DNA of 64,000 bases, taken from positions 65,658,001 to 65,722,000 of the forward strand of contig OZ024741.1 in assembly GCA_964016885.1 (NCBI GenBank), read 5' to 3'. The notes under the pieces were generated by a model. The model saw only the letters and a list, made by a program, of their open reading frames with translations, did no database searches and had not been told where the DNA came from. Positions 27,731 to 40,194 of the stretch are shown here, piece by piece. The stretch is from Eledone cirrhosa. Lineage: Eukaryota. The position numbers and the translations under genes were made by a program. Each line of letters starts with the position of its first letter. Positions within the stretch are counted from its first letter, which is position 1.

Positions 27731-28238
27731 CCCACCAAGGTTTCTTGGTGAGGAGGGTGACTTTGGACATCCTGCAGGACTAAAAACAAAACCTGTCAAA
27801 GGGCAAAGGAGCTCTTAAGAGTCAATGGCCATCCAAATCACCAGGAGAGATGACCCCTTAGCCTTTGTCAAGGCAGAATTCTAGGAGAAGGAAAACTCAG
27901 ATATAACACCTGCAACCCTGATGGTATCCAATGATGTTGACTTGTTCTTCTTTTTGGTAAATATCATATCTTGGTTAAGAGAGTGGGACTGGATTTGTGC
28001 AGTGCCCTTGCTCACTATAAAAGCTTCACGGCACAGGCATTGCTTTATATCTGGAGATCTCTCTGCACTTGTCATCACATGGTACCAAGGGCCCAGCACT
28101 ATGTGTCAATAATTGTCACAAGTGTAGTGTTTGTACCAGAGTTTTCAAGTCGCTGGCTGGACTATAAAGTCACACTCGTTCAGCGCATCGGTAGGGGTTC
28201 TCCTACATGGATATAAAGTAGTGGCCGTACTCGAAAAC
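27671..28238 (+). mobile_element. Non-coding RTE-associated retroelement; partial copies 23500-23723, 26935-27273, 27528-27637 and 30060-30240; diverged relatives 12427-12682 and 42160-42528
   Basis: Multi-copy similarity; RTE 5' UTR-like ggagaaggaaaactc; 3' end ctcga..acgag..ggcagcca(tca)n. Confidence 0.75.
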
Positions 28239-28634
28239 GGTCATTCCTTAAATTACCACTCGAACTAAAACCTGTTGAAAAAGTGGCTTCCTTGTTCAAT
28301 CATCTTACCAGAAGCCTAACATTATTTGTGTAAGCGGACAGTACTTGATTTAGGAGTCGCAGAAACCCAAATGCTGGATTTTACCAACCATCCAGGGGTC
28401 CGGGTAAATTTTCAATCACATATATTTTTATTTGTTTTACCCAAATTACTTGGTCGTTTTTATGGCTGTGCGGATGATTGTTTAACCATCGTCTTAGTGT
28501 GTTTGGCCTTTAACGTATGTTGTAGCTCTGGTTCATCTGAATCATTGAGCGCTTGCCACACATCTCGGAAGTTGTTTTTCGTTAATTCCTAAGCCGAAAT
28601 ACGATTCTCGTTAATTTATATTTATATATATATG

Positions 28635-28677
<43 letters not shown>

Positions 28678-28764
28678 ATATATATATATGTATGTATATA
28701 TATATATATTTATGTGTATATCTATATATATATGTATGTGTATATATATATATATATATGTATG

Positions 28765-29159
28765 TGTAGTGACCTACATTCCGCGGGCTCCATACATTCT
28801 CTGTGTGTGATTTGACTCAGCTCAGCCAATCAACGCCAGTAGAAGAGGATGTATCCCTACGCGCCCTGAGGGAGAAATACCCCTCGAAGATTTGAAGAAT
28901 CCCTCTCTCGCACCCTGAACTTCGAACCAGCAACACGTACAACATGTGACGGTGAGATTTTGCACTTTGGCCTGCCAGCTTTCCTTGGGCCTGGCACCCT
29001 GGCACAATGGCACATTCCCTTTTGTAACCTCATTTTATGTGTAACTTCAACCATACAAGTTAACAAACAATTATTTGTGCTACAACAAAAATAAGCATAC
29101 ATTTCATCTCTAATTTCTGCTGTTGACATCATTATTATGTTACTCGTGTCTCAATAACA
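28765..29159 (+). mobile_element. Possible solo LTR (~395 bp)
   Basis: Higher-GC unique block in a microsatellite, starting TGTAGTGA and ending TCAATAACA; no clear TSD. Confidence 0.4.
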
Positions 29160-29229
29160 TTTATATACTATGCTGCTAAATATGTATATATATGCATATA
29201 TATGCATATATATATATATATATATGTAT

Positions 29230-29305
<76 letters not shown>

Positions 29306-29331
29306 GTATGTATATATGTATGTATATATAT

Positions 29332-30055
29332 AACCAAGTTAGTGTTACAATCTGTAACAATAACTTCAAAAAACGAGACAATCACTTGATCACCTATAGA
29401 TCAGGGGAACACGCCAGTCAGATAGATTATATCCTTACCAGAAGACGTGATAGAGTGTCTGTTGTAAACACTAAATCACTCCCCCATGAAGAATGCACCT
29501 CCCAACATAGACTCATAGTCAGCGACCTCATAGTCAGGACAAGACGTACTCGACAACAGAGGAGGATTATCCTCAGGAGAAAAATATGGAAGCTAAAGAA
29601 CCCCACAGCCAGTAATAAATTTAAAAGCATATTACTTGATGCTTTTGACAGTAAGGAAGAGCAATTAGAGTCGTACAATATAGAGGAACAGTGGGAATTC
29701 CTGAAAGCTAACCTGCTGAAGGCGGCAGCTGAAGTTTGTGGCTGGAGCAGGCCTATAGGCAGGAGGAGAGTAATGTGGTGGTGGAATAGTAAGGTGGAGG
29801 AGTCACTTAAGGCCAAAAAGCAGGCTTGGAAAGTATGGCGGGATGGGGGAAGTAGAGAAGACTATCAAGTGGCCAGGAGGGAAGCTAGGAGACAAGCGAA
29901 ACCTACAGTCAGTAGGCACCTCTAACAAAATACCCCCCCCCCCCCCGTCCCACTACCCCCACCCCATCCACACCACCTCCTTAAATGTGAAGTTATGTTG
30001 GTACCACAACATCCAGTCCGAAACAAATTACGTCGTGTAGGTGTCACGACAAGTG
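29332..30055 (+). mobile_element. Internally deleted RTE LINE: APE endonuclease end and linker fused to family A 3' UTR
   Basis: [26 protein letters not shown]...[10 protein letters not shown] and WWWNSKV, then an abrupt switch at ~29893 to gcgaaacctacagtcagtaggcacc. Confidence 0.85.
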
Positions 30056-30239
30056 TTACCTATATCTGGAGATCTCTCTGCACTTGTCATCACATGGAAC
30101 CATGGACCCAGCACTATGTGTCAATAATTGTCACAAGCCTAGTGTTGTACCAGAGTTTTCAAGTTGCTGGCTGGACCAAAAAAGTCACACTCGTTCAGCG
30201 CATCGCTAGGGGTTCTCCTACATGGATATAAAGTAGTGG

Positions 30240-30730
30240 TCTATAGAATTTTAGTCTACGATTTCTGCTATACCATTTACGTGGTTTTGTCTTTGCATGC
30301 TATTGTTCTCCACGCTCCACATATGACTTATTATCTTCGTTTTTTCGTTCATTGCCAGAGAACGTCTCTATGCACCACCTAAGAGAACATTAGTCTACGA
30401 CCTCTTTTATACCATAAACGTGGTTTTGTCTTTGCGCGTAATTGTTTTTCACCGCTCCTATTAATGACGTATTATTCGTTTTTCCCGTTCTTTGCCAGCG
30501 AACGTTACCACGAACCAAAGTATCGTCTTCCTGTCTTCCTCCGGTTGCAACGTTTTTTTAAATATCCAGTTCTGCGTTTACAGATTGACTTTGTTAGTTT
30601 CAGAAGATCCCGTTAAGGGTGAAAGCAACGATTCTTTGCTTAAACTTTAATCTGTTATTTTAATAAATATTTGCTCTACGGTTCTTATATATTTGATATA
30701 TATTTTCCTTATCGAGCCCTCTTTGGATTT
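30240..30730 (+). repeat. Interspersed repeat with an internal ~140-bp tandem duplication; partial copies 12150-12305 (+) and 51715-51777 (-)
   Basis: aaccaaa.tatcgtcttcctgtcttcc...cagaagatcccgttaagggtgaaagc...ctgttattttaataaata shared between copies. Confidence 0.75.
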
Positions 30731-30782
30731 TAGTCTTCAATTTTATTATTATTACTATATTTAAGTATATATATATATGTAT

Positions 30783-30814
<32 letters not shown>

Positions 30815-31193
30815 GTAACAATACAATTAGAAACACACAGATACATGCGGACACACACATATATACATGCATGCATCCGCACCCAACTGTGAGTTAAGGG
30901 TGCCAACTTCACCGATGTTGCTCAATGAATGACTGGGACAGACCAATTCAGTTGAACTAGACTGAACCAGTATCAGAGTTAAAAATACATTATGAAGAGA
31001 GAAGAAACATTTAGATATAATTAGTAATAAAATGTATCATACCTAAACTGCTCCTAAATTCCTCGACTACGTAGTTTCGTGGCATAAACAAAAACAATAT
31101 ATCATAAAGATATAGAGTCCTTGCGAGGTCTGCCGATTTCGTTTCTGAATTTGTTTAGCAAGATTCTTTATCTGAAATCGTGTGTTGAAACCG

Positions 31194-31581
31194 ATATTGT
31201 TATACTTTGGGAGGGTCATGTTGCCAATAAGAAACACACGCACCAGTTGCTTTCACTTCCATTTATTATAATAAATTTATAATAAATTTATAAATTTATA
31301 AATTTCTGGTTGGTTGGTTGGTTCCACAACCAGATAGTTGTTTATATATAGTCATAGTATTATATATAGTCATTATATCCAGTCACTGAAGAGGTCACAG
31401 AGTGTGTGACGAAAGAACTATGACTATATATAAACAACTATCTAGTTGTGGAACCAACCAAGCAACCAGAAATTTATAAATTTATAAATTTATTATAAAT
31501 TTATTATAATAAATTGAAGTGAAAGCAACTGGTGCGTGTGTTTCTTATTGGCAACATGACCCTCCCAAAGTATAACAATAT
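31194..31581. mobile_element. Fold-back element with ~165-bp inverted arms and a hammerhead at the apex
   Basis: 31194-31358 is the reverse complement of 31417-31581 with few mismatches. Confidence 0.85.
31381..31425 (+). ncRNA. Minimal type I hammerhead ribozyme motif
   Basis: agtca-CTGAAGA-g-gtcaca gagtg tgtgac-GAA-ag aa ct-A-tgact; stem I agtca/tgact; one unpaired extra G before stem II. Confidence 0.65.
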
Positions 31582-32353
31582 GTATATATATATATATATG
31601 TATGTATATATATATGTATGTATGTATATAGATATATATATATATATGTATGTATATATATATATATAGTAAAAAATTGAACGGGAACAAAACAGAGAGG
31701 GATATATATATGTATGTATGTATATATATACATACATATATATATTTTTTTTTTCTCGTGCAATGGCCATACTCGATAACGAGGGGGCAGCCATCATCAT
31801 CATATATGTATGTATGTATATATATATGTATGTATATATATATGTGTATGTATGTATATATATATATGTATGTATATATATATATGTATGTATATATATA
31901 TATATGTATGTATGTATATACATATATATGTATGTATATATATATATGTATGTATATATATATATATATATGTATGTATATATATCTATATATATGTATG
32001 TATGTATATATATATATATGTATGTATATATATATATATATATGTAGGAGATGAGTTTTATTGTAGTACAATAAAGCAATGCAGATATCGAATAAGTAGC
32101 ACTCTACAGTTTGTAGGACTGGAGTATAAATAATAATATATAAGATCAAAAGTTGGAACTCTTTTAACCATCTTTTGATCTTATATATTATTATATATAT
32201 ATATATGTATGTATGTGTGTATATATATATGTATGTATGTATGTATGTATATATATATATGTATGTATATATATATGTATGTATATATATATATATATAT
32301 GTTTATATGTGTATATATGTATGTATATGTATGTATATGTATATATATATATG

Positions 32354-32384
<31 letters not shown>

Positions 32385-33138
32385 GTATGTATGTATATGT
32401 ATATATATATGTATATATATATATGTGTATGTATATATATGGTGTTAGGAAGGGCATCCAACTGTAGAAAACCCGCCAGACAGTCCTATGCGAGCAAGAC
32501 AACCACTCTTGCCTCAAGTGGGAAAACCCCCGTCCAAACCCATGCAAGCGTGGAACACGGACGCTAAACCTGATGATGATGATGATGATGATGATGTATG
32601 TATATATATATATATATGTATGTATATATGTATGTATGTATCTATACATATATGTATGTATATATGTATGTATGTATATATATATATGTATGTATGTATA
32701 TATATGTATGTATGTATGTATATATATATATATATGTATGTATGTATGTGTATATGTATGTGTGTATATACATTTATATATATATAAGCAGGGAAAAGCG
32801 GACGTAAAATGATGATATATATTTAAATGTCAGCCATGCTTTGCAACATAGTTACGGCTCTTTACGATCTGAGTTCAAATCTCACTGAAGTTAACTTTGT
32901 CTTTCATCCTTATAGGGTTGATAAAATAAAGTACCAGTAATGCACTGAAATAATTGCTGGTCTTGTGCCATTTACATCTTTGCTTTTCTTTTTCTTCTAT
33001 TGGTACTTTAAAACATGTGAAGTAAATTATTTGTATTTAATTGACTCTGTTGAGCTCTTCTTGCAGGAATGGACTCATCATTCCTAGTTTGGCAAAAATC
33101 TATTAAATGATTTCATAATAATTCTTGTCTAAACTTTC

Positions 33139-33291
<153 letters not shown>

Positions 33292-33637
33292 CAAGAAAGA
33301 AGAATGACATGGTTTGCTATACAAAAAAGGTTTTTGATATCATCCACTACTCGGAGTACCCTAACTGGACTACACCTAAGTGGACTACCTGTAACAATAA
33401 TCTGTTATCCCGTATATATATATATATCTATCTATATATATATATATATATATTTTGCTAGTAAGGAAGGTGAACGTTAAAGTAACAATGACAATGACAA
33501 TGATGATGAGTCTGAAACTAGCTGTTGAAACTGCAAGAGCTCACCAGTATACTATAGCCAACTCTAATACCCCAAGTATTGCGTACTCTGTTGAGAAATG
33601 GTCTAACTAGTTTTAAACTGGTTCTATCCTTATATAT

Positions 33638-33668
<31 letters not shown>

Positions 33669-34486
33669 TATAAAGTGTTTGGGGCCCGACAGCTAAGCTC
33701 TTGCAGTCTCAACAGAGAGAGAGAGGGAGAGATGCACATATTGATGAGTTGTGGTGCACCTGGGCACTGTACACAATATTTCATTATTGTTATTGTTATT
33801 ATATCATGACTCATACACTGTTTATTTTCCTGACATTTGTACATTATTCTATGTACTATACATGCACCTTTGATGAGTTGTAGTGCACCTGAGCACTGTA
33901 CACAATAATTTCATTATTATTATTATAATAATAATAATTGTTTCTACTTTTGGCACAAGACCAGCAATTATCCAGTGCATTACTGGTACTTTATTTTATT
34001 GACCCCGTAAGGATGAAAGGCAAAGTTAACCTCGGCGGGATTTGAACTCAGACCATAAAGGGCCGTAACTCTATGCTGCAAAAGCAAAGCGTCCGACCTT
34101 CTACCGATACTGCCAATCCGCCATACATATAATAATAATAATAATGATATAAATATATATATATATCTACACACACACATAAACACACGTTTTTATATAT
34201 ATATCAACAAAGAAATGAAAAACAAGACAAAACAAAATACAAATTGTATCTTAAGGAATGAAGCCTTACCATTTCCTGAGAACAAGATCTTTCATCACTA
34301 TAATCCGAGACAAAAAATGTGAAGACAGGGGGTGCATTATTTGGTAAGGAGGTCCTTGTATTTTCTACCACAGGAGATACTAGACTTGCTAGAAGTTTTA
34401 TTGGAGAGTTCTCTATATTTTCAGTCATTTTTAAAGAACTTTCCTTTGACTTAATATATTTCTTTTTCTCTTGCTCTGTATGTGTG

Positions 34487-34537
<51 letters not shown>

Positions 34538-35057
34538 CTACCTATCTATCTGTCTATCCATATATCTATCTACGTTTATTCATGTGTGTACTTGTATTTG
34601 ACTATGTATCTATATAGAGAGATATAGAGAGAGATTTCTTCCATGTACTGTGCCATTTTGTTATTTCTGTTCTTTCTGTTTACCTTTTACATAGATAGAT
34701 AGATATGTGTGTGTGTTTGAGGTTCTATGTATTCCTATCACTGAAAGCGTGCATGTGTTTGTTTTTGTATATGTCTCTGTCAGTGTCTGTCAGTGTACAT
34801 TTGTATCAGTGTGTGTGTGTGTGTTTTTATTGGTGTTTGTGTGTTTGTATAAGTGCCTGTGTGTTTGTATGTCAGCCTGTAGCTGACAGTGTGTATATGC
34901 ATGTATGTGTGTATAGTTAAATTTTATATTTGACTTTTGTTTTCCTTATACAGACACATTCTCTCTCTCTCTCTATATATATATATATCTCTATCTCTCT
35001 CTCCCCCTCTCTCTCTCTATCTCTATCTCTCTATATGTATATATATATCTCCCTCTA

Positions 35058-35121
<64 letters not shown>

Positions 35122-35430
35122 CCACACACACATACACACACACACACAACAATGAGGGGAGGGGAGGGGGTGAAGGTAATATTTGTATATCAAACTTTCT
35201 GAATTATTGATTTTGTTTCTTTTATATTTATTTGGTCTGTGTGTGTGTGTGTGTTTGTACATGTGTGTGTGTATATGTATGTGTGCATATGTGTGTGCAT
35301 GTTTTAGCAAAATATAATTCTGTTTAATTAATAAACTTCTTTTCTCTCTCTCTCTCTTTTATTTTTTATCTGTTTTTCATTATTTTTTTAACTTTTTATC
35401 CCCATCTGTTTTTGTTGTTTGTATTACCAG

Positions 35431-35486
35431 GGGTCACTCATTAAAGGTCACACTTCACAGGTTGCTGGTCTTTGGTTCCTGGCTCT
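35431..35486 (+). CDS. Candidate small internal exon of an unidentified host gene
   Basis: Long pyrimidine tract ending taccAG, open frame GSLIKGHTSQVAGLWFLA, donor GTATGT. Confidence 0.3.
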
Positions 35487-35536
35487 GTATGTATAAGGCA
35501 GCATATTTTGTGAAATGTTAAAATACTTAATATATA

Positions 35537-35567
<31 letters not shown>

Positions 35568-35627
35568 GTGTGTGTGTGTGTATATATATATATACATGTA
35601 TGTATATAATATATATATGTATGTATA

Positions 35628-35658
<31 letters not shown>

Positions 35659-36564
35659 GGTGTTAGGAAGGGCATCCAGCCGTAGAAAACCCGCCAGACA
35701 GTCCTATGCGAGCAAGACAACCACTCTTGCCTCAAGTGGGAAAACTCCCGTACCACCCATGCAAGCGTGGAATATGGACGTTAAACGATGATGATGATGA
35801 TGATATATATATATATACATATGTATGTATATATATAATATACATATATGTATGTATATATATAATACATATATGTATGTATATGTATAATACATATATG
35901 TATGTATATATATAATATACATATATGTATGTATATATATAATATACATATATGTAAGTATATATATAATACATATGTGTATGTATATATATAATATATA
36001 TATGTATGTATATTTATAATATATATATAATATATATGTATATATTATATATCATCATTTCATCATCATTTCATTTTACGTCCGCTTTTTCCCTGCTTGC
36101 AAGGGTGGGACGGAAACTGATTCTGGCTTGATTTCTACAGCTGGATGCCCTTCCTAACACCAACCTCATTTACAGTGAGTGCTGGGTGCTTTTTTGCCGT
36201 GGCACGACCCCAGTCCCTATCATCTCATTTCTACAGCTGAGTAAACTGGAGCAATGTGAAATAAATATATATAATTGTTTCTACTTTTGGCACAAGGCCA
36301 GCAATAACCCAATGTATTACTAGTACTTTATTTTATCGACCCTGTAAGGATGAAAGGCAAAGTTAACCCCGGTGGGATTTGAACTCAGAATGGCAAGGGC
36401 CGTAACTCTATGCGTCAAAGCATGGTGTCCCACCCTCTACCGATACTGCCAATCCATATATATATTATATATATATAATATATAGACATATATATTATAT
36501 ATATATAAGTTTCGTTTTTTCCGTTTATTATATATATATTTTATATATAGAGAGAGAGATAGAT

Positions 36565-36940
36565 ATGTTTCTTTATTAGCCACAGGGGCACAAAAGAAGG
36601 GGACAAATACAAAGGGGGAAGTTTACATACAATAAAAACGTGTAAAATGTTATCACAAATGCAATTTAAAAAGTTAGTCGATTTTCCCCAATAGGGGGAG
36701 ACAGTTCATATGGGTAACACATACCCCCGAAAAAATGTGCAACCCTCATCTCCAGGAGTACAAAGAGTTTGTACACCTTTCCTCTCCTCCTCCTTTTCCT
36801 CAACCTACAGGCTGATATAGAGAGAAGGCCCATTCACTCGGGCCATTCTCGCCACTTTCACCCACCTTTCATAAAACTTGCTGGGGTACAGCAGTCTCTC
36901 TCCATCCTGATTCTTCTTCCAAAGTGGTATTTGAAAAAGT
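36565..36940 (-). mobile_element. Tx1-clade LINE 3' fragment
   Basis: Near-identical to 38633-39008. Confidence 0.8.
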
Positions 36941-36974
36941 AATTTATTCTGTAAGTGTGTCTGTAAGAAAATGT

Positions 36975-37230
36975 GTGTGTGTGAAAGTGTGTTGGAATAA
37001 GATGTAACTATATATGTATAGGTATGTATGTATAGATATATATGTATATATGTATGTTTGTATAAAAGTGTGTTTGAATAAGATGTAACTATATATGTAT
37101 AGGTATATATGTATAGATATATATCTGTATGTATATATGTATGTTTGTATAAAAGTGTGTTTGAATAAGATGTAACTATGTATGTATAGGTATGTATGTA
37201 TGTGTAGATATCTATGTATATATATATGTA
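36975..37230. repeat. Three ~90-bp degenerate tandem units
   Basis: aaagtgtgtt(t/g)gaataagatgtaactat repeated three times. Confidence 0.75.
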
Positions 37231-38129
37231 TGTATGTAGATAGGTAGGTATTTAGTGTATATGTGCCTTTATGTCCATGCATATGTATGTGTGGTTAGCA
37301 TTCTTTCTTTATAGACTAACTGAAAATAAAATGAACTGGGAAGACTATAGACTATCGGTCAGTAAGAAATGAGATTTATTAGAGAGGGGGAAGTGGTAGA
37401 AATTATATGGCACAGTGTAATAGAGGAGAAGGTGGGGAGTTGTACAAGAAAGAAAGGGAGAGATAGAGGGATAGAGAAGCAAATTATGTTGGGGGGAGGG
37501 GAGTATAGATCACGTGTAGTGGGAGGAAAAAATAGTGAATTGAAGATAAAAGTAGGAGTGAGAAAAATCATGCAAATAAGAGAGGGTGGTGATGAAGAGA
37601 GAGAAAGAAGAGGGAGAGAGAGAAGGAGAGGGAGAAAGAGAAAGAGAGTGGAGGAAGAGAGTGAGGGAGAGAAACAGACAGACAGGCAGAGAGAGAGAGA
37701 GACAAAGGGATACAGACAAGCAGAGAGATATAGAGAAAGAGAGATACAGACAAAGCTAGAGAGGGAGAGAGATAAAGGAGTGAGGGGGGGAGTTGGAGAG
37801 AAACAGAGAAATTATGTGAGAAGTAATAGAGGAACAGATGTATGAAGGTAATGTGCGGGGTTGGGGTTAGAAAGAGAAAGAGAAGGAAAAGGTAGTGCTA
37901 TAGTTTAACCCCAGGTCAGCCCTGATCAACCAAAGAAATGAGAACTGTAATCCATAACAATCCTATCTTTGTTTCAGTAATAATATACGACAGGTTTGAT
38001 TATCTAATGTCTCCTTTATTTACATAAGATGGTAGGGTGTGGTTTTGGGACAATTTCACTGCTATTTCAAAACAAGATGATTGACAATATATAGAGAGTT
38101 TGTTGTTGCCTGGGAGGAAGGGGGTGGTG

Positions 38130-38296
38130 CACAGACAGATTGACAGACAGACAGAGAGAGAGAGAGAGAGAGAGAGATGGATAGAGTGACCGACAGATTG
38201 ACATAATCAGACAGATAGCGACAGACAGACAGACAGAGAGAGATGGATAGAGTGACCGACAGATTGACATAATCAGACAGATAGCGACAGACGGAC

Positions 38297-38335
<39 letters not shown>

Positions 38336-38470
38336 TAGAGTGACCGACAGATTGACATAATCAGACAGATAGTGACAGACAGACAGACAGAGAGAGAGAG
38401 AGATGGATAGAGTGACCGACAGATTGACATAATCAGACATATAGTGACAGACAGACAGAGAGAGAGATAG
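38130..38470. repeat. Four tandem units built around gatggatagagtgaccgacagattgacataatcagaca, with (GA)n/(GACA)n linkers
   Basis: Directly visible. Confidence 0.85.
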
Positions 38471-38632
38471 AGCGACACATAGACAGACAGAGAGATAGGC
38501 ATACAGACAGACCGACCAACTGACAGATATAGTGACAGACAGTCAGATACAGAGAGATAGACAGTCTGGCAGACAGACAGTCACAGACAAACAGATAGAT
38601 AGATAGACAGATATACAAACATGTAGATAGAT

Positions 38633-39498
38633 ATGTTTCTTTATTAGCCACAGGGGCACAAAAGAAGGGGACAAATACAAAGGGGGAAGTTTACATACAA
38701 TAAAAACGTGTAAAATGTTATCACAAATGCAATTTAAAAAGTTAGTCGATTTTCCCCAATAGGGGGAGACAGTTTATATGGGTAACACATACCCCCGAAA
38801 AAAATGTGCAACCCTCATCTCCAGGAGTACAAAGAGTTTGTACTCCTTTCCTCTCCTCCTCCTTTTCCTCAACCTACAGGCTGATATAGAGAGAAGGCCC
38901 ATTCACTCGGGCCATTCTCGCCACTTTCACCCACCTTTCATAAAACTTGCTGGGGTACAGCACCTCTATCTCCATCCTGATTCTTCTTCCAAAGTGGTAT
39001 TTGAAAAAAAGAATCAGTTGTTGGCCGGAGAGAAAGGTGTCTGACCTCAGCCCTTTTAACCTCGTCCACCATACAACCTCTTTCGCCATAGCTATCACAC
39101 AAAGGAAAACCGCCTCTCCTTCGTTTTTGAAGGAGGGTCGCGGTTTGATCATGACAATGGACTCGGTGGTCAACCGGATTGGTCCCACCCGCGACAATAG
39201 TCGTTCTACATAGCCCCACAGGTCAGTGACGCCCGGGCAGTGTATGAATGTGTGCGCAACGGTTTCTTCGTCTCGCACTCACCTCGGACAGATCTTTTTT
39301 GCAGGGTCCCTGCCCGGGCACCCATGTCTGTAGAGCTTGTCTTGAACTGGTAGAGCTCCTCGGTAGCACTGCCAGGCCAGGGACTTTTGGAAGTTGTTCA
39401 TCGGTCCCGGGCGGAAGGTCCTACCGAACAGACTGGCCAGTTCATCTTCCTCTACGCCTAGAGTTTCACCGAGCGCGTCGTCGCACTCAGTGAAACTC
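38633..39498 (-). mobile_element. Tx1-clade LINE, 5'-truncated ORF2 C-terminus and 3' UTR
   Basis: SLAWQCYRGALPVQDKLYRHG and ETVAHTFIHC (zf-RVT-type knuckle), AKEVVWWTR; AATAAA before (TCTA)n. Confidence 0.82.
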
Positions 39499-39616
39499 TA
39501 GATAGATATACAAACAGACATGCAGACATATACACGGACTGACAGACATATACATAGATAGATAAATAGATAGACAGACAGGCAGACATATAGATAGATA
39601 GATAGATAGATAGATA

Positions 39617-40144
39617 GATTTCTTTATTAGCCACAAGAGCGCAACAAGAAAGGGGACAATACAAAGACATGCCGGGGATTTTAGATAGATAGATAGATTT
39701 CTTTATTAGCCACAAGGGCGCAACAAGAAAGGGGACAATACAAAGACATGCCGGGGATTTTACATACAGTCGTGTAAAAAATATAAAAACAAACAATTTC
39801 AACAATCGAAATCCCCAATAGGGGGGAGGCTCCACTGGGTTGTTTAATACCCCGTCGATAGAACAACCCTCAACTCAAGGAGCGTGTTGTGCAAGTGCTC
39901 CTTTCTTCCTTTTGCTCTCTTCCTCAACCTACAGGCTTATAAACAGAGAAGGCCCAATCACTCGGGCCATTTTCGCTTCATTCACCCACCTTTCAGTAAA
40001 TTTACTGGGGTGCAGTGCCTCTCTCTCCACCCTGATTCTCCTTCTAAAGTGATACTTAAAGAATGGAATCAATTGTTGTCCGGAGAGAAAGGCATCTGTC
40101 CTCAGTCCTCTCAACCTCGTCCACCATATAACTTCTTTCACCAT
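39617..40144 (-). mobile_element. Tx1-clade LINE 3' fragment (related subfamily) with a duplicated 3' end
   Basis: VKEVIWWTRLRGL; tail atttctttattagccacaag occurs twice; flanked by (GATA)n. Confidence 0.8.

Positions 40145-40194
<50 letters not shown>

Noticed and set aside
37369-37845. 158-aa charged ORF
   Set aside because: GA-rich low-complexity sequence
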